Below are positions 1 to 10,459 of a stretch of 64,000 nt of DNA, one piece after another. The notes under the pieces were generated by a model. That model saw only the letters and a program-made list of their open reading frames with translations, searched no databases and was not told where the DNA came from. Position 1 is the first letter of the stretch. Each line of letters starts with the position of its first letter. The translations under genes and the position numbers were made by a program. Origin of the DNA: an uncultured Gammaproteobacteria bacterium (GTDB taxonomy: Bacteria; Patescibacteriota; Microgenomatia; Levybacterales; UBA12049); assembly GCA_964637955.1 (NCBI GenBank), contig CAZWXQ010000003.1:223154-287153 (forward strand). The letters are read 5' to 3'.

Positions 1-238
1 GACGAATGGATTTAAGATGTACAAAAGAAGTTTGATTAAAAAAATCAAGCTCAAGTCCGTTGGGTGGGAATTCGGTATGGAGCTGGTAATAAAAGCAAAT
101 AGTCAGGGGTATAAAATTTCAGAAGTTCCTGTTACATCAAATAAAAGAACGCACGGAAAATCAAAGTTTAAGTTTTTTTCGTGGCTGCCTAATTACTTGC
201 GATGGCTTTTTTTAGGGATTTATTTGAGATTTAAGTAA
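1..238 (+). CDS. GT2-family glycosyltransferase, C-terminal fragment (polyprenol-phosphate sugar synthase, DPM1/ArnC-like). The 5' end lies outside the window.
   Basis: The open frame runs from position 2 with no upstream stop. The translation ...[19 protein letters not shown] matches the conserved C-terminus of DPM1-like GT2 enzymes (EVP..F.DR..G.SK) and is followed by a hydrophobic tail. Confidence 0.55.
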   Translation, partial: TNGFKMYKRSLIKKIKLKSVGWEFGMELVIKANSQGYKISEVPVTSNKRTHGKSKFKFFSWLPNYLRWLFLGIYLRFK

Positions 239-1068
239 GAAAGGGAATTATCTATATTTTTCAAGATGGATTTATTTGAAGCGTTATGAAATTTATCTGT
301 AATTAGTACGCTTTTTTTCTTTCTGTAGGAAATTCTTTCACTTAAAAACTCATTAAATGAAATCTTTTTAATAAGCTTACTATTTAGATTCAACTGATTA
401 GCAGCTTTAATAAGGAGCTCATAATTTGATTTTGAATCTAGGGCGCCTAGATTGTAGATGCCTTGAAGATTATTATTTACTGCAAAGAGAATTGACTGTG
501 CTGCAATAGTTACATATATTGGATTATTTATTTGATCAATAATGCCAGGGAATTCTTTATTTTTAGATAAATTATCTATCATTCTTTGTATGAAATTTTC
601 CTTATTCCCATTGCCAAATAAATTAATAATTCTAAGAGAAGCAGTTTTTTTAAATGTTAGAACTGTGTATTCTCCTTTTTCTTTACTTATTCCATACACA
701 CTCTTTGCTTTGGTTTTATCAATTTCGGTGAATTCAAATTTATTTTTGTAACCATCGAAAACTGCATCAGTAGAAATATAATAAAAGGATATATTATTTT
801 TCGATGCAAACTTAGCTAGAAGTCCAGGGATTTTATAGTTAAGGTTGTTTGTAATAGTTTTGTTTTTTTGAGCAAAATCCATTGACGAGATTCCTGCACA
901 GTAAATAATTTTTTCAGGCATTAATTTGTAAATATATTCATAAATATCTTGTGTATTATTCAAGTCTATGTTTGATCTTGGGGGAGCAATCAATTTTTTG
1001 TCAATTTTTAGAATGGTTGATCCTAGAAATCCAGAACCACCAAAAAGCAATATTTTCCTAGAAGGCAT
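220..1068 (-). CDS. NAD(P)-dependent sugar-nucleotide reductase, dTDP-4-dehydrorhamnose reductase (RmlD)-like
   Basis: The N-terminus carries a Rossmann motif, [15 protein letters not shown]. An ISTDAVFDG motif matches the RmlD STDYVFDG signature. Confidence 0.6.
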   Translation of the reverse strand: MPSRKILLFGGSGFLGSTILKIDKKLIAPPRSNIDLNNTQDIYEYIYKLMPEKIIYCAGISSMDFAQKNKTITNNLNYKIPGLLAKFASKNNISFYYISTDAVFDGYKNKFEFTEIDKTKAKSVYGISKEKGEYTVLTFKKTASLRIINLFGNGNKENFIQRMIDNLSKNKEFPGIIDQINNPIYVTIAAQSILFAVNNNLQGIYNLGALDSKSNYELLIKAANQLNLNSKLIKKISFNEFLSERISYRKKKSVLITDKFHNASNKSILKNIDNSLSYLNLK

Positions 1069-1272
1069 ATCGTTTATTATTTTTAATAATTATTTTATAA
1101 ATCTCAAGCACGATTCTTATACCTCCAGCATATAAATTCTTTATTGTAAATTAAAATTTTATCTTATTCCAATCCGATGGGTGAACATTTTTCTCATACT
1201 AGACTAATAAGCTAGAGCATTATATATTTGTAAAATGTTATTTGTAAATACGGCTGAGCGATTTAACATAGT

Positions 1273-3831
1273 TTGATAAAAAATATGAAAACCTCTTTAA
1301 TTCTAACGGTTTTTAACGAAGAAAAAAATATTCTGAATTTTTTAAATTCATTAAAAATTCAAATAAAAAAATCTGATGAAATTCTTATAGTAGATGCGTG
1401 TTCTACTGATAATACAGTTCTAGTTATAAAAGGTTTTATAGAAAAAAATAAAAAAATAAACTTAAAGATATTTTCTAAAAATGGAAATATTTCAGTCGGT
1501 AGAAATTACGCAATTAAAAATGCAAAGAATGAAATTATTCTTTGTACTGATGCGGACTGTGAATTAGATAAAAAGTGGGTTAAAAATATTTCTATACCTT
1601 TTGAAGATAAGAAAATTGATGTAGTAGCTGGTTTTTATAAACCCAAAGCAAATTCAGTATTTGAAAAATGTCTTGCAACATATACAAGTGTTATGCCGGA
1701 TAAATTGGATAAAGATAACTTTATTCCTTCGTCTAGATCAATTGCGTTTAGAAAATCTGCTTGGGAAAAAATTGGCGGATATCCGCAGTGGCTTGATAGA
1801 GGTGAAGACTTATATTTTGCAAAAGCCTTAAAAGAAAAAGGACTTAATTTCAAATTTGCTAAAGACGCATTTGTTCACTGGCCTCAGAGAAAAAATCTTC
1901 ACGAAGCGTTTATGCAATTTTATGGATATGCAAAAGGAGACGGACAAGCATTAAATATTAGAAACGGAGCTTTATTAGTTTATCTTAGGTACTTTTTAGC
2001 AAGTTATCTTATTTTTATAAGTATCTTAGAAAGGTCTATTATTGGAGTACTGTTTGTCGGGATCTTATTTATTTTTTATATACTCTGGAGCATTAAAAAA
2101 AATTATTATTATGTGAAAGAAAAGAAAGCAATATTTATTTTACCTTTACTTCAATTTGCCGCAGATTTTGCAATTCTTTCAGGTACGATTTTAGGTTTAA
2201 TTAGGAGAATTTCTTTTATAAAAATTAAAAAAGTTTTTATTGAAAACAAATTCATATTACTTGTTTTATGGATATATACTTTTTATTTACTTTTTACCAT
2301 AAACTCTGGGGCACCTGGGATGAATAATCCCTATCCTTTTAATATGGATGAATGGCATCAATTTCAAGCCGTAAGGACTACTGTAGCTTATGGTACTCCG
2401 AATATTTTTGGCTCAGCGAATGGAACAATGCTTCATTTTTTAATATCTGCAATTTATCTTGTTCCATTTACGCTAATTGGGTACATAGACCCAATTAATT
2501 TACCTGTTACTGATCTATTAATGAGGGGGAGAATCTTCGACCTTTTAAGAATAAATACCTTAATATTTGGATTATTTTCAATTCTAGCTTTGTATTTATT
2601 AGCGAAGAAATTAAATATCTCAAAAATAATTACAATATTATTTTTTGTATTTTCTCCGATTTGGATAAGCTTTAGTGGACTTTTTAAATATGATATAGCG
2701 CTTTCATTTTTTATTATTACATCTTTACTTATTTTTATTAATTTTATAAAGAATCCATCAGCAAAGAATTATTTTATTTGTGCTGCTATTGCCGCTTTAG
2801 CATTTTCTGTAAAATTTAGCGCTTTGCCATTGTTGCCAATTTTAATAATTTCATTTTTTTGTTTTTTTAAAAATCCTTTTCATAATTTAAAAATATTTTT
2901 GATAAGCTGTGCGATTTATTTAATTACAGTATTACTTTTTGGTGTTCCAGATACTGTATTTGGAAATGGAAATATAATTCTCTTTTTAAGAGAAAATTTA
3001 ATTGGATTTCCTTCTTCTGTAGGAAGTTTCAGCTTGGGAATGAATCCAAGGATTTTTTTACTTTTTAAACAATACCCAATAATTTTTGGACACAGTATGT
3101 TTTTATTATTTTTACTCTCACTTGTTGGACTTACATATTTCTTGATAAAAGCATGGTTAAAGAAAAATAACTCAAATTATAAAGACGACTTATTTATTCT
3201 ACTTTCATTTGCATTATTTTATATTAGCTTAATTCCATTAAATTTATATGCTGGGGGAAATAAAAGTTTGGTACTCCTACCGTTTATAGTTTTAATAATT
3301 GGACTTTTTTTGAAGAGATCAAAAGATTATGGATTGACTAGAAAAACTGTTCCCTTTTTAGTAATAATAGTTTTAATATTAAATATTTTTGAGACTTTTC
3401 TTTGGATAAATTTAAAAAGGGCTGAAAGTCCACAATTTATAGCTTCAGAATGGATAATAAAAAATATTCCTAAAGGAACAGAGATAGGACTTGAAAATGT
3501 GCCAATATATCAAGGGATTCCTGATATTTTAGAAAAAGAATTTTATTTCAAGCAAGATGGTTATGGAGAAGCTAATATTTATAAATACTCTATAATTGAC
3601 TCAAATTCTGAGAAATTACCTAAGGTGATAGTAATATCAAACGGTGAGATCGATAGCATAACAAATAAAAATTCAGTTAAAAAAAAGTTAATTGAAAGAT
3701 TATATAGAGAGGGTTATGTAAAAAAGTATGATTTACATGCAAAAAAACCTTATAAAATGTCTGAATTAGATTTTCATTTTTCATGGATTGGGTTTGCTCA
3801 AACTTCACTTGCTGTTTATATAAAGAAGTAG
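1273..3831 (+). CDS. Fusion protein: N-terminal GT2 (GT-A fold) domain joined to a large polytopic GT-C-like (ArnT/PMT-like) membrane domain
   Basis: It is 852 aa. The first ~230 aa carry GT2 motifs (IVDACSTDNT, CTDADCELD). The rest holds at least 12 hydrophobic segments with an extracytoplasmic-loop NMDEW acidic motif typical of GT-C enzymes. Confidence 0.65.
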   Translation: MIKNMKTSLILTVFNEEKNILNFLNSLKIQIKKSDEILIVDACSTDNTVLVIKGFIEKNKKINLKIFSKNGNISVGRNYAIKNAKNEIILCTDADCELDKKWVKNISIPFEDKKIDVVAGFYKPKANSVFEKCLATYTSVMPDKLDKDNFIPSSRSIAFRKSAWEKIGGYPQWLDRGEDLYFAKALKEKGLNFKFAKDAFVHWPQRKNLHEAFMQFYGYAKGDGQALNIRNGALLVYLRYFLASYLIFISILERSIIGVLFVGILFIFYILWSIKKNYYYVKEKKAIFILPLLQFAADFAILSGTILGLIRRISFIKIKKVFIENKFILLVLWIYTFYLLFTINSGAPGMNNPYPFNMDEWHQFQAVRTTVAYGTPNIFGSANGTMLHFLISAIYLVPFTLIGYIDPINLPVTDLLMRGRIFDLLRINTLIFGLFSILALYLLAKKLNISKIITILFFVFSPIWISFSGLFKYDIALSFFIITSLLIFINFIKNPSAKNYFICAAIAALAFSVKFSALPLLPILIISFFCFFKNPFHNLKIFLISCAIYLITVLLFGVPDTVFGNGNIILFLRENLIGFPSSVGSFSLGMNPRIFLLFKQYPIIFGHSMFLLFLLSLVGLTYFLIKAWLKKNNSNYKDDLFILLSFALFYISLIPLNLYAGGNKSLVLLPFIVLIIGLFLKRSKDYGLTRKTVPFLVIIVLILNIFETFLWINLKRAESPQFIASEWIIKNIPKGTEIGLENVPIYQGIPDILEKEFYFKQDGYGEANIYKYSIIDSNSEKLPKVIVISNGEIDSITNKNSVKKKLIERLYREGYVKKYDLHAKKPYKMSELDFHFSWIGFAQTSLAVYIKK

Positions 3832-3849
3832 CATTGTTATAATGCTTTT

Positions 3850-5067
3850 ATGGGATATAAAACACCTGCTTTAAAAGGTATCACCTGGATGGGTTTTCTT
3901 AGAGCTTCTACGAGATTAATCGCATTCGTAAGGTTGGCTGTTCTTGCAAGAATACTTTCACCTGCTCAATTCGGTGCCTTTGGTGTTGCTACGCTCGTTC
4001 TTTCATTTCTTGAGGTAATTACCGAAACTGGAATAAATGTATTTCTGATACAAAATAAAGAAAAATCTAATGATTATATTAGTTCTGCCTGGATTGTCTC
4101 GATTGTAAGAGGTAGTTTAATTGCTCTTTTGTTGGTTTTATTTGCTCCTTTAATCTCTAGTTTTTTTAATTCTCCAGAGTCATATAATATTCTACTCCTT
4201 ATAGCACCGGTTCCGTTTATTAGAGGATTTATAAACCCTTCAATAATTAATATTCAGAAAAATATAGAATTTCATAAAGAATTTTACCTACGCTCAATTT
4301 TGCTTTTAGTAGATGCAAGTGTTGCTATTATTGCAGCTTTTGTAACAAAAAGCGCCGTAAGTATGGCATATGGACTTATCGTCTCTGCGGTCATTGAAGT
4401 AGTATTATCTTTTATACTATTTAAACCATGGCCAAAGTTAACTTTCGAGAAAGATAAGATGCTCCATATTTTTAGTAGGGGATGGTCTGTTACTTTAACG
4501 GGAATTTTCCTATATTTGTCTGAAAATTTAGACAATATTACTGTTGGGAGAATACTTGGTGTAGGTTCTCTTGGAATTTATCAAAATGCCTATAAGATTT
4601 CTACTCTTACGATATCTGAAATTGCTGAAGTAGTAAATAAAGTTACATTTCCAGTTTATTCTAAATTTTCAGATGATAAGCAGAGATTAAGTAATGCGTT
4701 TAAGAAAGTCATCTCTTCGTCATCGTTAGTAGCAATAGCGCTTGGAATATTTATTTTTATTTTTGCAGATTTAATAGTTAGAATTATTCTTGGGCCGGAT
4801 TGGGCTAGCGCAGTTCCAATTGTAAAAATACTTTCTGTTTATGGAGTTCTGCGAACAATTTTTGGAAATGTACCACCATTGCTATTGTCCCTTGGAAAGC
4901 AGAAGTATGTTGCAGGAATTGTTTTTGTGAGGCTTTTTGTTTTGGCTATTGTAATAGTTCCTTTAGTAAGTAGATTTGGCATGGAAGGCGCGGCCTATGC
5001 AATGGTAATCTCAGTATTTGCAGAAATTCCTCTTATGATATTTTCAGCAAGGAGGGTTTTAAAATAA
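3850..5067 (+). CDS. MOP-superfamily polysaccharide flippase (Wzx-like)
   Basis: It is a 405 aa polytopic protein. The N-terminus RLAVLARILSPAQFGAFGVATLVLSFLEVITETGINVFLIQ matches the polysaccharide biosynthesis protein (Wzx) family signature. Confidence 0.65.
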   Translation: MGYKTPALKGITWMGFLRASTRLIAFVRLAVLARILSPAQFGAFGVATLVLSFLEVITETGINVFLIQNKEKSNDYISSAWIVSIVRGSLIALLLVLFAPLISSFFNSPESYNILLLIAPVPFIRGFINPSIINIQKNIEFHKEFYLRSILLLVDASVAIIAAFVTKSAVSMAYGLIVSAVIEVVLSFILFKPWPKLTFEKDKMLHIFSRGWSVTLTGIFLYLSENLDNITVGRILGVGSLGIYQNAYKISTLTISEIAEVVNKVTFPVYSKFSDDKQRLSNAFKKVISSSSLVAIALGIFIFIFADLIVRIILGPDWASAVPIVKILSVYGVLRTIFGNVPPLLLSLGKQKYVAGIVFVRLFVLAIVIVPLVSRFGMEGAAYAMVISVFAEIPLMIFSARRVLK

Positions 5068-5900
5068 TGAAAGGCCTCAGCCCGGAAATCTACGATACTG
5101 ATTACTATTTAAACTCAAACTTAGGATCTGAAGAATTTAAAAAATATAAAGGTAAAAAAGTTCATGAAACCATTTATAATTTTGCAAATCTTCTTGGAGA
5201 CGTTAAGAATAAAAAAATTTTAGATTTAGGATGCGGAAGGGGAGATTTGGTAATTGAACTTGCAAGGAGAGGAGCGCTAGCAACTGGCGTTGATTATTCG
5301 AAGGATGGTATAGATTTAGCAAAAGCTGCTCTTAAAATTCAGTCAAAAGAAATAAAAAGTAGAACTAATTTTTTTGTCAAGGATATTGTTAAAACAGATT
5401 TTGAAAAGAATAGTTTTGATATTGTAGTTTCCACTGATGTTTTTGAGCATTTATATAAGGAGGAGCTGGAAATTGTCGTTGAGAAGCTTTCAAAAACATT
5501 AAATCCAAATGGATTTTTATTAATTCACACAGGGACTAATAAAATTTATCTTGATTTTACTCATATCCTTTGGTGTTATTGGATGGATTTGTTTCTTTTA
5601 AAAATTTACAATTTTATATCAAGAAATAATTATCCTGGACTTCCTAAAGACCCAAGAAATGATCTGCATAAAACTCAGCATGTAAATGAACCAACTTATT
5701 TTTATCTAAAATCTTTGTTTGAAAGACATGAATTTAAAGGAGAAATTAATTCTATGGTGCCATATAAACCAAATTTAAGCTGGAAAGATAAAATTTATAA
5801 CATCATAGTTTATCTTTATCCAATATCTAATTATTTTCCGCTAAATTTAATGTTTGCAACCGAATATATTTGCTTGCAAAAGAAAGACACAAAAAAGTAA
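5067..5900 (+). CDS. Class I SAM-dependent methyltransferase
   Basis: Motif I is ILDLGCGRGDLVIELA. An acidic residue ends beta2 (GVDYS). A DVFEHL motif is present. Confidence 0.7.
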   Translation: MKGLSPEIYDTDYYLNSNLGSEEFKKYKGKKVHETIYNFANLLGDVKNKKILDLGCGRGDLVIELARRGALATGVDYSKDGIDLAKAALKIQSKEIKSRTNFFVKDIVKTDFEKNSFDIVVSTDVFEHLYKEELEIVVEKLSKTLNPNGFLLIHTGTNKIYLDFTHILWCYWMDLFLLKIYNFISRNNYPGLPKDPRNDLHKTQHVNEPTYFYLKSLFERHEFKGEINSMVPYKPNLSWKDKIYNIIVYLYPISNYFPLNLMFATEYICLQKKDTKK

Positions 5901-5935
5901 TTTTAAAATTTGGTAGAATCTTCTAGATAAAACTA

Positions 5936-7024
5936 ATGAAAATAGCTTTTTTCCATGAACTGCCATATGGAGGTGCAAGACGCGCTGTTCTTGAGTTTGG
6001 AAAAGCTATGGGAAGTGAGCACCAAGTTGATATTTTTTATATCGACGAAAAAAAAGAAGAAAAAGTTGAAAAAATATTTAATAAATCTAAATTTTATAAA
6101 TTTACACCTCGAAAATGGAGTGGAGGAGATTGGAAATCAAAGTTACATAAAGATACTATAGAGCTTGTTAAGTTATACAAAATCCACAAAGAAATTGCGA
6201 AAAATATTGATCAAAAAGATTACGACTTCGTTTTTGTACATGGGTCTAAATTTACCCAAGCACCATTTATTTTAAGATTACTAAAAACCAAGTCAATTTA
6301 TTATTGCCAAGAGCCATTGAGAATGGTTTATGAAGATCTTTTCGATATTCCAGTTGATTTATCAATTGGTAAAAAAATATATGAAAGAATTAATAGAAAC
6401 AACAGGAGATTAATTGATAAATATTGTGCAAAAAAAGCAAACATTTTGCTTGCAAACTCAAGATTTACAAAAATGAATATAAAGTCTTGGCTTGGTCTGG
6501 ATTCTGTAGTGGCATATATGGGAATAGACCCTAAAAGATTTTATCCTGAAAAAGTTAAGAAAGAATTTGATTTGCTTTTTGTGGGGTCCAGAGAAGAAAT
6601 TGATGGATATTCTTTTTTTGTAAGATCGCTTGATAACATGAAAAAAAAGCCGAGCGTGAGGTGGTTGCTTCGTGAAGATGAGTGGATTGATGACGATAGC
6701 AAGTTAAGAGATATATATTCGAAATCAAAAATTTTGGTTTGTACGGCATATAAAGAGCCTTTTGGATTACTTCCAATTGAAGCTCAGGCTTGTGGTCTTG
6801 CTGTAGTAGCGGTTAAAGAAGGTGGTTATTTGGATACCGTTGAAAATGATAAGACCGGGATATTATTTAAAAGGAATGAAAAAGTCCTAGCAGAGACACT
6901 TAGTGAAATTTTAAAAGACACAAAAAAAGTTGATGAATTTTCAAAAAATGCAATTGAAAATATTAAAAATAATTGGACCTGGGATATAAATTCTAAAAAA
7001 ATTATTGAGATTGCAAATTCATAA
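5936..7024 (+). CDS. GT4-family (GT-B fold) glycosyltransferase
   Basis: The C-terminal EX7E motif is EPFGLLPIEAQACGLAVVA. Length is 362 aa. Confidence 0.75.
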   Translation: MKIAFFHELPYGGARRAVLEFGKAMGSEHQVDIFYIDEKKEEKVEKIFNKSKFYKFTPRKWSGGDWKSKLHKDTIELVKLYKIHKEIAKNIDQKDYDFVFVHGSKFTQAPFILRLLKTKSIYYCQEPLRMVYEDLFDIPVDLSIGKKIYERINRNNRRLIDKYCAKKANILLANSRFTKMNIKSWLGLDSVVAYMGIDPKRFYPEKVKKEFDLLFVGSREEIDGYSFFVRSLDNMKKKPSVRWLLREDEWIDDDSKLRDIYSKSKILVCTAYKEPFGLLPIEAQACGLAVVAVKEGGYLDTVENDKTGILFKRNEKVLAETLSEILKDTKKVDEFSKNAIENIKNNWTWDINSKKIIEIANS

Positions 7025-7052
7025 AAAAATGATGCTATAATACCTCAATCTT

Positions 7053-8087
7053 ATGTCGAAAAACATTCTTATTACAGGTGGAGCAGGATTTATTGGGACC
7101 AATACTGCGAAATACTATTTAAACAGGAATGATAACGTTACGATTTTGGACAATTTCTCCAGGTATGGTTCTCTAGAAAACATTAAATATTTAAAAAGTT
7201 TAAAAAATAAAAATTTAAAAATTATTAAACATGACGTTCGAAAAGATGATAAAAAATTATCAGACACAGTAAAGTCAGCTGACATTATATTTCATCTTGC
7301 AGCACAAGTTGCTGTAACAACCTCTGTTGAAAATCCTCTTGAAGACTCTCAAATAAATGTAAATGGGACTCTGAATGTTTTAGAAGCAGCGAGAAAGTCT
7401 AAACGAAATCCCATTTTTATTTACAGCTCTACAAATAAAGTTTATGGAAATTTAGGAAATCAAAAAATTGAAAAACAGAAAACGAGATATGTTTTGAAAG
7501 ACAATTCCTTCGGGATTTCAGAATCTACTCCTTTGGATTTTTATTCGCCATATGGTTGCAGCAAGGGCGCAGCGGATCAATACGTTCACGATTATAATCG
7601 AATTTATGGGCTTCGAAGTATTGTTTTTAGACAATCTTGCATTTATGGTCCTCATCAATTTGGCATAGAAGATCAGGGATGGATCGCCTGGTTTTTAATT
7701 GCAATAATGAAAAATAAAAAAATTACTATTTATGGAGATGGCAAACAGGTTAGAGATTTACTTTTCGTAGATGATTTAGTAATTGCTTATGACCAAGCCA
7801 TAAAAAACATTAGTAAAACGGAAGGAAATGTATACAACATTGGGGGTGGGCCAAAGAATACAATTTCTGTTTGGGCTGAGCTTGAGCCGATTTTAAGAAA
7901 ATTATTTAATAAAAAAATAAATGCAGGTATAGCAGATGAAAGACCAGGAGACCAAAAAATATTTGTTTCCGATATTCGAAAAGCTAAAAAAGATTTTAAT
8001 TGGACACCTAAGAATAATGTAGAAACAGGTATTGAGAAATTATATTTCTGGCTTAGAGAAAATGAAAAAATAATTAATAAGTATTAA
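7053..8087 (+). CDS. NAD-dependent nucleotide-sugar epimerase/dehydratase (extended SDR family)
   Basis: TGGAGFIGTN is the Rossmann motif. YSPYGCSKGAADQY carries the YxxxK catalytic dyad. Length is 344 aa. Confidence 0.8.
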   Translation: MSKNILITGGAGFIGTNTAKYYLNRNDNVTILDNFSRYGSLENIKYLKSLKNKNLKIIKHDVRKDDKKLSDTVKSADIIFHLAAQVAVTTSVENPLEDSQINVNGTLNVLEAARKSKRNPIFIYSSTNKVYGNLGNQKIEKQKTRYVLKDNSFGISESTPLDFYSPYGCSKGAADQYVHDYNRIYGLRSIVFRQSCIYGPHQFGIEDQGWIAWFLIAIMKNKKITIYGDGKQVRDLLFVDDLVIAYDQAIKNISKTEGNVYNIGGGPKNTISVWAELEPILRKLFNKKINAGIADERPGDQKIFVSDIRKAKKDFNWTPKNNVETGIEKLYFWLRENEKIINKY

Positions 8088-8254
8088 ACCCGTTGATTAA
8101 ATTGTAATTGCAATAAATTTTAATATAAAAAATATTGACCCCCATAGAGAAAGATTTAAAGGCATTAATAATCTGCCTGTTTATGATATTAAGAATAAGA
8201 AAGTGATAAAGAAAAAGGAAATATGCGAATAATAAAAAATACATTTTCGTACCA

Positions 8255-10459
8255 ATGAATAAAAATATAATAGTCTCAATTATAATAGTAAATTATAAAG
8301 TAAGGGATGAACTATTTGAGTGCATTGATTCTATTCTTAAAACAAAACAAAATATAGAGCTGGAGATAATAGTAGTTGATAATTCGGAAAAGGATGAAGT
8401 TAAATCCGATTTAAAAAAGAAATTTCCAAAAGTTAAATATATTAAAAGTAAATCAAATCTTGGGTTTGGAGCAGGAAATAACTTAGGAGCAGAATCAGCC
8501 AAAAGTGAGTATTTATTTTTTTTAAATCCTGACACTAAAATTATAAAAGGAAAAATATCATCACTCGTAAAATTTATAAAAAATAACAAAAAAGTTGGAG
8601 CTGTGGCGCCACAGTTACTGAACGATAAAAATGAAGTTTATGATGAGCAGGGGGCTCGGGAGTTAACTCCGAAAAGAGCAGTAACTATATTGTCATTTAT
8701 AAACAGACTATTTCCAAAAAATAGATTCTGGAAAGAATATTGGAAAATACCTTGGGATAAAAAAAGAGTGAAAAATGTAGATGTAATTCCTGGGACTGCA
8801 TTTATGATTAAAAAAGAATTATTTGAAAAAATAGGTGGGTTTGACGAGAAGTATTTTTTGTATTTTGAAGAATTTGATTTATGTAAAAATTTAATTAAAT
8901 CAGGATATAAAAACTACATACTTCCAGATTTAAAATTGGCACATAAATGGGGAGCAAGTACTAAGAAAAATGAATCCTCTAAAAAATATTTTATTCAGAG
9001 TAGATTTTATTATTTCAGAAAAAATTATGGTTTAATAAAAAGTTTAATTGTAGAAAACCTTTTAAGACTTAATAAAGAAAGCGTAATAATTTTAGGAATA
9101 ATAGTTCTTGGTTTAGGTTTAAGAATTTATAATCTTAGTTACGCGATGCAATTTCTGGGTGATACTGCATGGTTTTTCATTGCTGCAAGAGATATTCTCG
9201 AAAATGGTCAATTGCCACTCGTAGGTATAACTTCAAGTCATGTTTGGCTGCATCAGGGGCCATATTGGAGCTATATATTAGCAATTATTTTAAAAGTCTT
9301 TGGATTTAATCCTTTGAATGCTGGATATTTTACTATTATTTTAGATTTATTAACTTTATTTTCACTATATTTGTTTTGTAAAACATTTTTTAACCATAAA
9401 ATCGCAATGCTTAGTGCACTTCTGTATGCAATTTCACCTTTTATTATAATTTCTGCGCAAATACCTTATCACACGAACCCAATTCCACTTTTGGTGATTC
9501 TTCTATTAGCTTCAATTTTAAAATGGGTCAGGGGAGAAAGATATTATTTTCCGATTTCTATTTTTTTGCTAGCGGTGCTTTATAATTTTCAAATCTCTTC
9601 AGTGCCACTTTTCATAAGCTTTATGGTTATTTGTGCATTTGGATTTATAAAACGTAAAAAATGGTTTATGAAAATATTGAACATAAGAATATTTTTAATA
9701 TCTTTACTAGCTTTTACCGTCCCAATGATTCCTATGCTTTTATTTGATATAAAAAATGGTTTTCCACAGACGCTAAAAGTAATAATTTGGATTTTTTATA
9801 AAATTGCTGTATTTTTCGGATACCCTCCTGTAAATCCTGCATTTGCAGACGAACCAAGAAGAATATTTTTCGAATTTGTATTACTGCATTTAGGGAGAAT
9901 ATATTTTGTAATGAATAATTATATTGGTTTGATTTTGTTCATAATATTTATTTCTATATTTATATTTGGAATTATAAAAAGTAAATATAAAGATCTCTCA
10001 CTTAATGTTGTTTTTATTTTTTTTATTATTCCAGCAATAGCATTTTTAGGAATGAATTCAAGATCTCAAGCATATCTGCCTATGTTTTATCCCACAATGA
10101 TTATTATTGCTTCTTATTCCATAACAAAAATATTAAACAAAAATAAATTTATAGGTGGCTTGATTGTGCTCACAATCTTATTTGTTAATGTATTTGGAAT
10201 TATTAATTATCCGAAAAGTTCAGTTTCCTTAAGCTTGAGAACAGAAGCCGTAAAAAAGATGATTAATGAAGCAAATGGTAGTGCATATAATATGGTTGGA
10301 GAAGGCCCCTCAAGTGAGTTTGCAAGCTTTATTTATCCCTATGAATACCTAGCTTGGTATTTGGGAAATCCATCTTCAAATACAGATGAAAAAATAAAGT
10401 TTTATATTACGGATAGAGCTGATACTATAGTAATTAGAAAACAGATTAACATAAAATGA
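8255..10459 (+). CDS. Fusion protein: GT2 (GT-A) domain joined to a polytopic GT-C-like membrane domain
   Basis: The N-terminus VSIIIVNYK...IIVVDNSEKDE...FFLNPDTKI is a GT2 rhamnosyl/glycosyltransferase-type domain. The C-terminal ~450 aa is multi-TM with a GDTAWFFIAARD loop motif. Confidence 0.65.
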   Translation: MNKNIIVSIIIVNYKVRDELFECIDSILKTKQNIELEIIVVDNSEKDEVKSDLKKKFPKVKYIKSKSNLGFGAGNNLGAESAKSEYLFFLNPDTKIIKGKISSLVKFIKNNKKVGAVAPQLLNDKNEVYDEQGARELTPKRAVTILSFINRLFPKNRFWKEYWKIPWDKKRVKNVDVIPGTAFMIKKELFEKIGGFDEKYFLYFEEFDLCKNLIKSGYKNYILPDLKLAHKWGASTKKNESSKKYFIQSRFYYFRKNYGLIKSLIVENLLRLNKESVIILGIIVLGLGLRIYNLSYAMQFLGDTAWFFIAARDILENGQLPLVGITSSHVWLHQGPYWSYILAIILKVFGFNPLNAGYFTIILDLLTLFSLYLFCKTFFNHKIAMLSALLYAISPFIIISAQIPYHTNPIPLLVILLLASILKWVRGERYYFPISIFLLAVLYNFQISSVPLFISFMVICAFGFIKRKKWFMKILNIRIFLISLLAFTVPMIPMLLFDIKNGFPQTLKVIIWIFYKIAVFFGYPPVNPAFADEPRRIFFEFVLLHLGRIYFVMNNYIGLILFIIFISIFIFGIIKSKYKDLSLNVVFIFFIIPAIAFLGMNSRSQAYLPMFYPTMIIIASYSITKILNKNKFIGGLIVLTILFVNVFGIINYPKSSVSLSLRTEAVKKMINEANGSAYNMVGEGPSSEFASFIYPYEYLAWYLGNPSSNTDEKIKFYITDRADTIVIRKQINIK

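Noticed and set aside
542-751. 69 aa plus-strand ORF inside the RmlD-like gene
   Set aside because: It is antisense and fully embedded in a well-supported minus-strand CDS. Its low-complexity hydrophobic translation is typical of shadow ORFs in AT-rich DNA. The same applies to 1635-1853, 4284-4535, 6555-6776, 8293-8589, 11714-11896, 14184-14610 and 15505-16079.
5955-6161. 68 aa ORF in an alternative frame at the start of the GT4 gene
   Set aside because: It overlaps a CDS with a clear GT4 motif set in a different frame. Its translation is a poly-Lys artefact of an A-rich tract.
8088-8254. 167-nt AT-rich spacer before the GT2/GT-C fusion gene, considered as a possible riboswitch or leader
   Set aside because: No recognisable conserved riboswitch core and no convincing terminator or antiterminator pair were seen. 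It is most likely just a promoter region.
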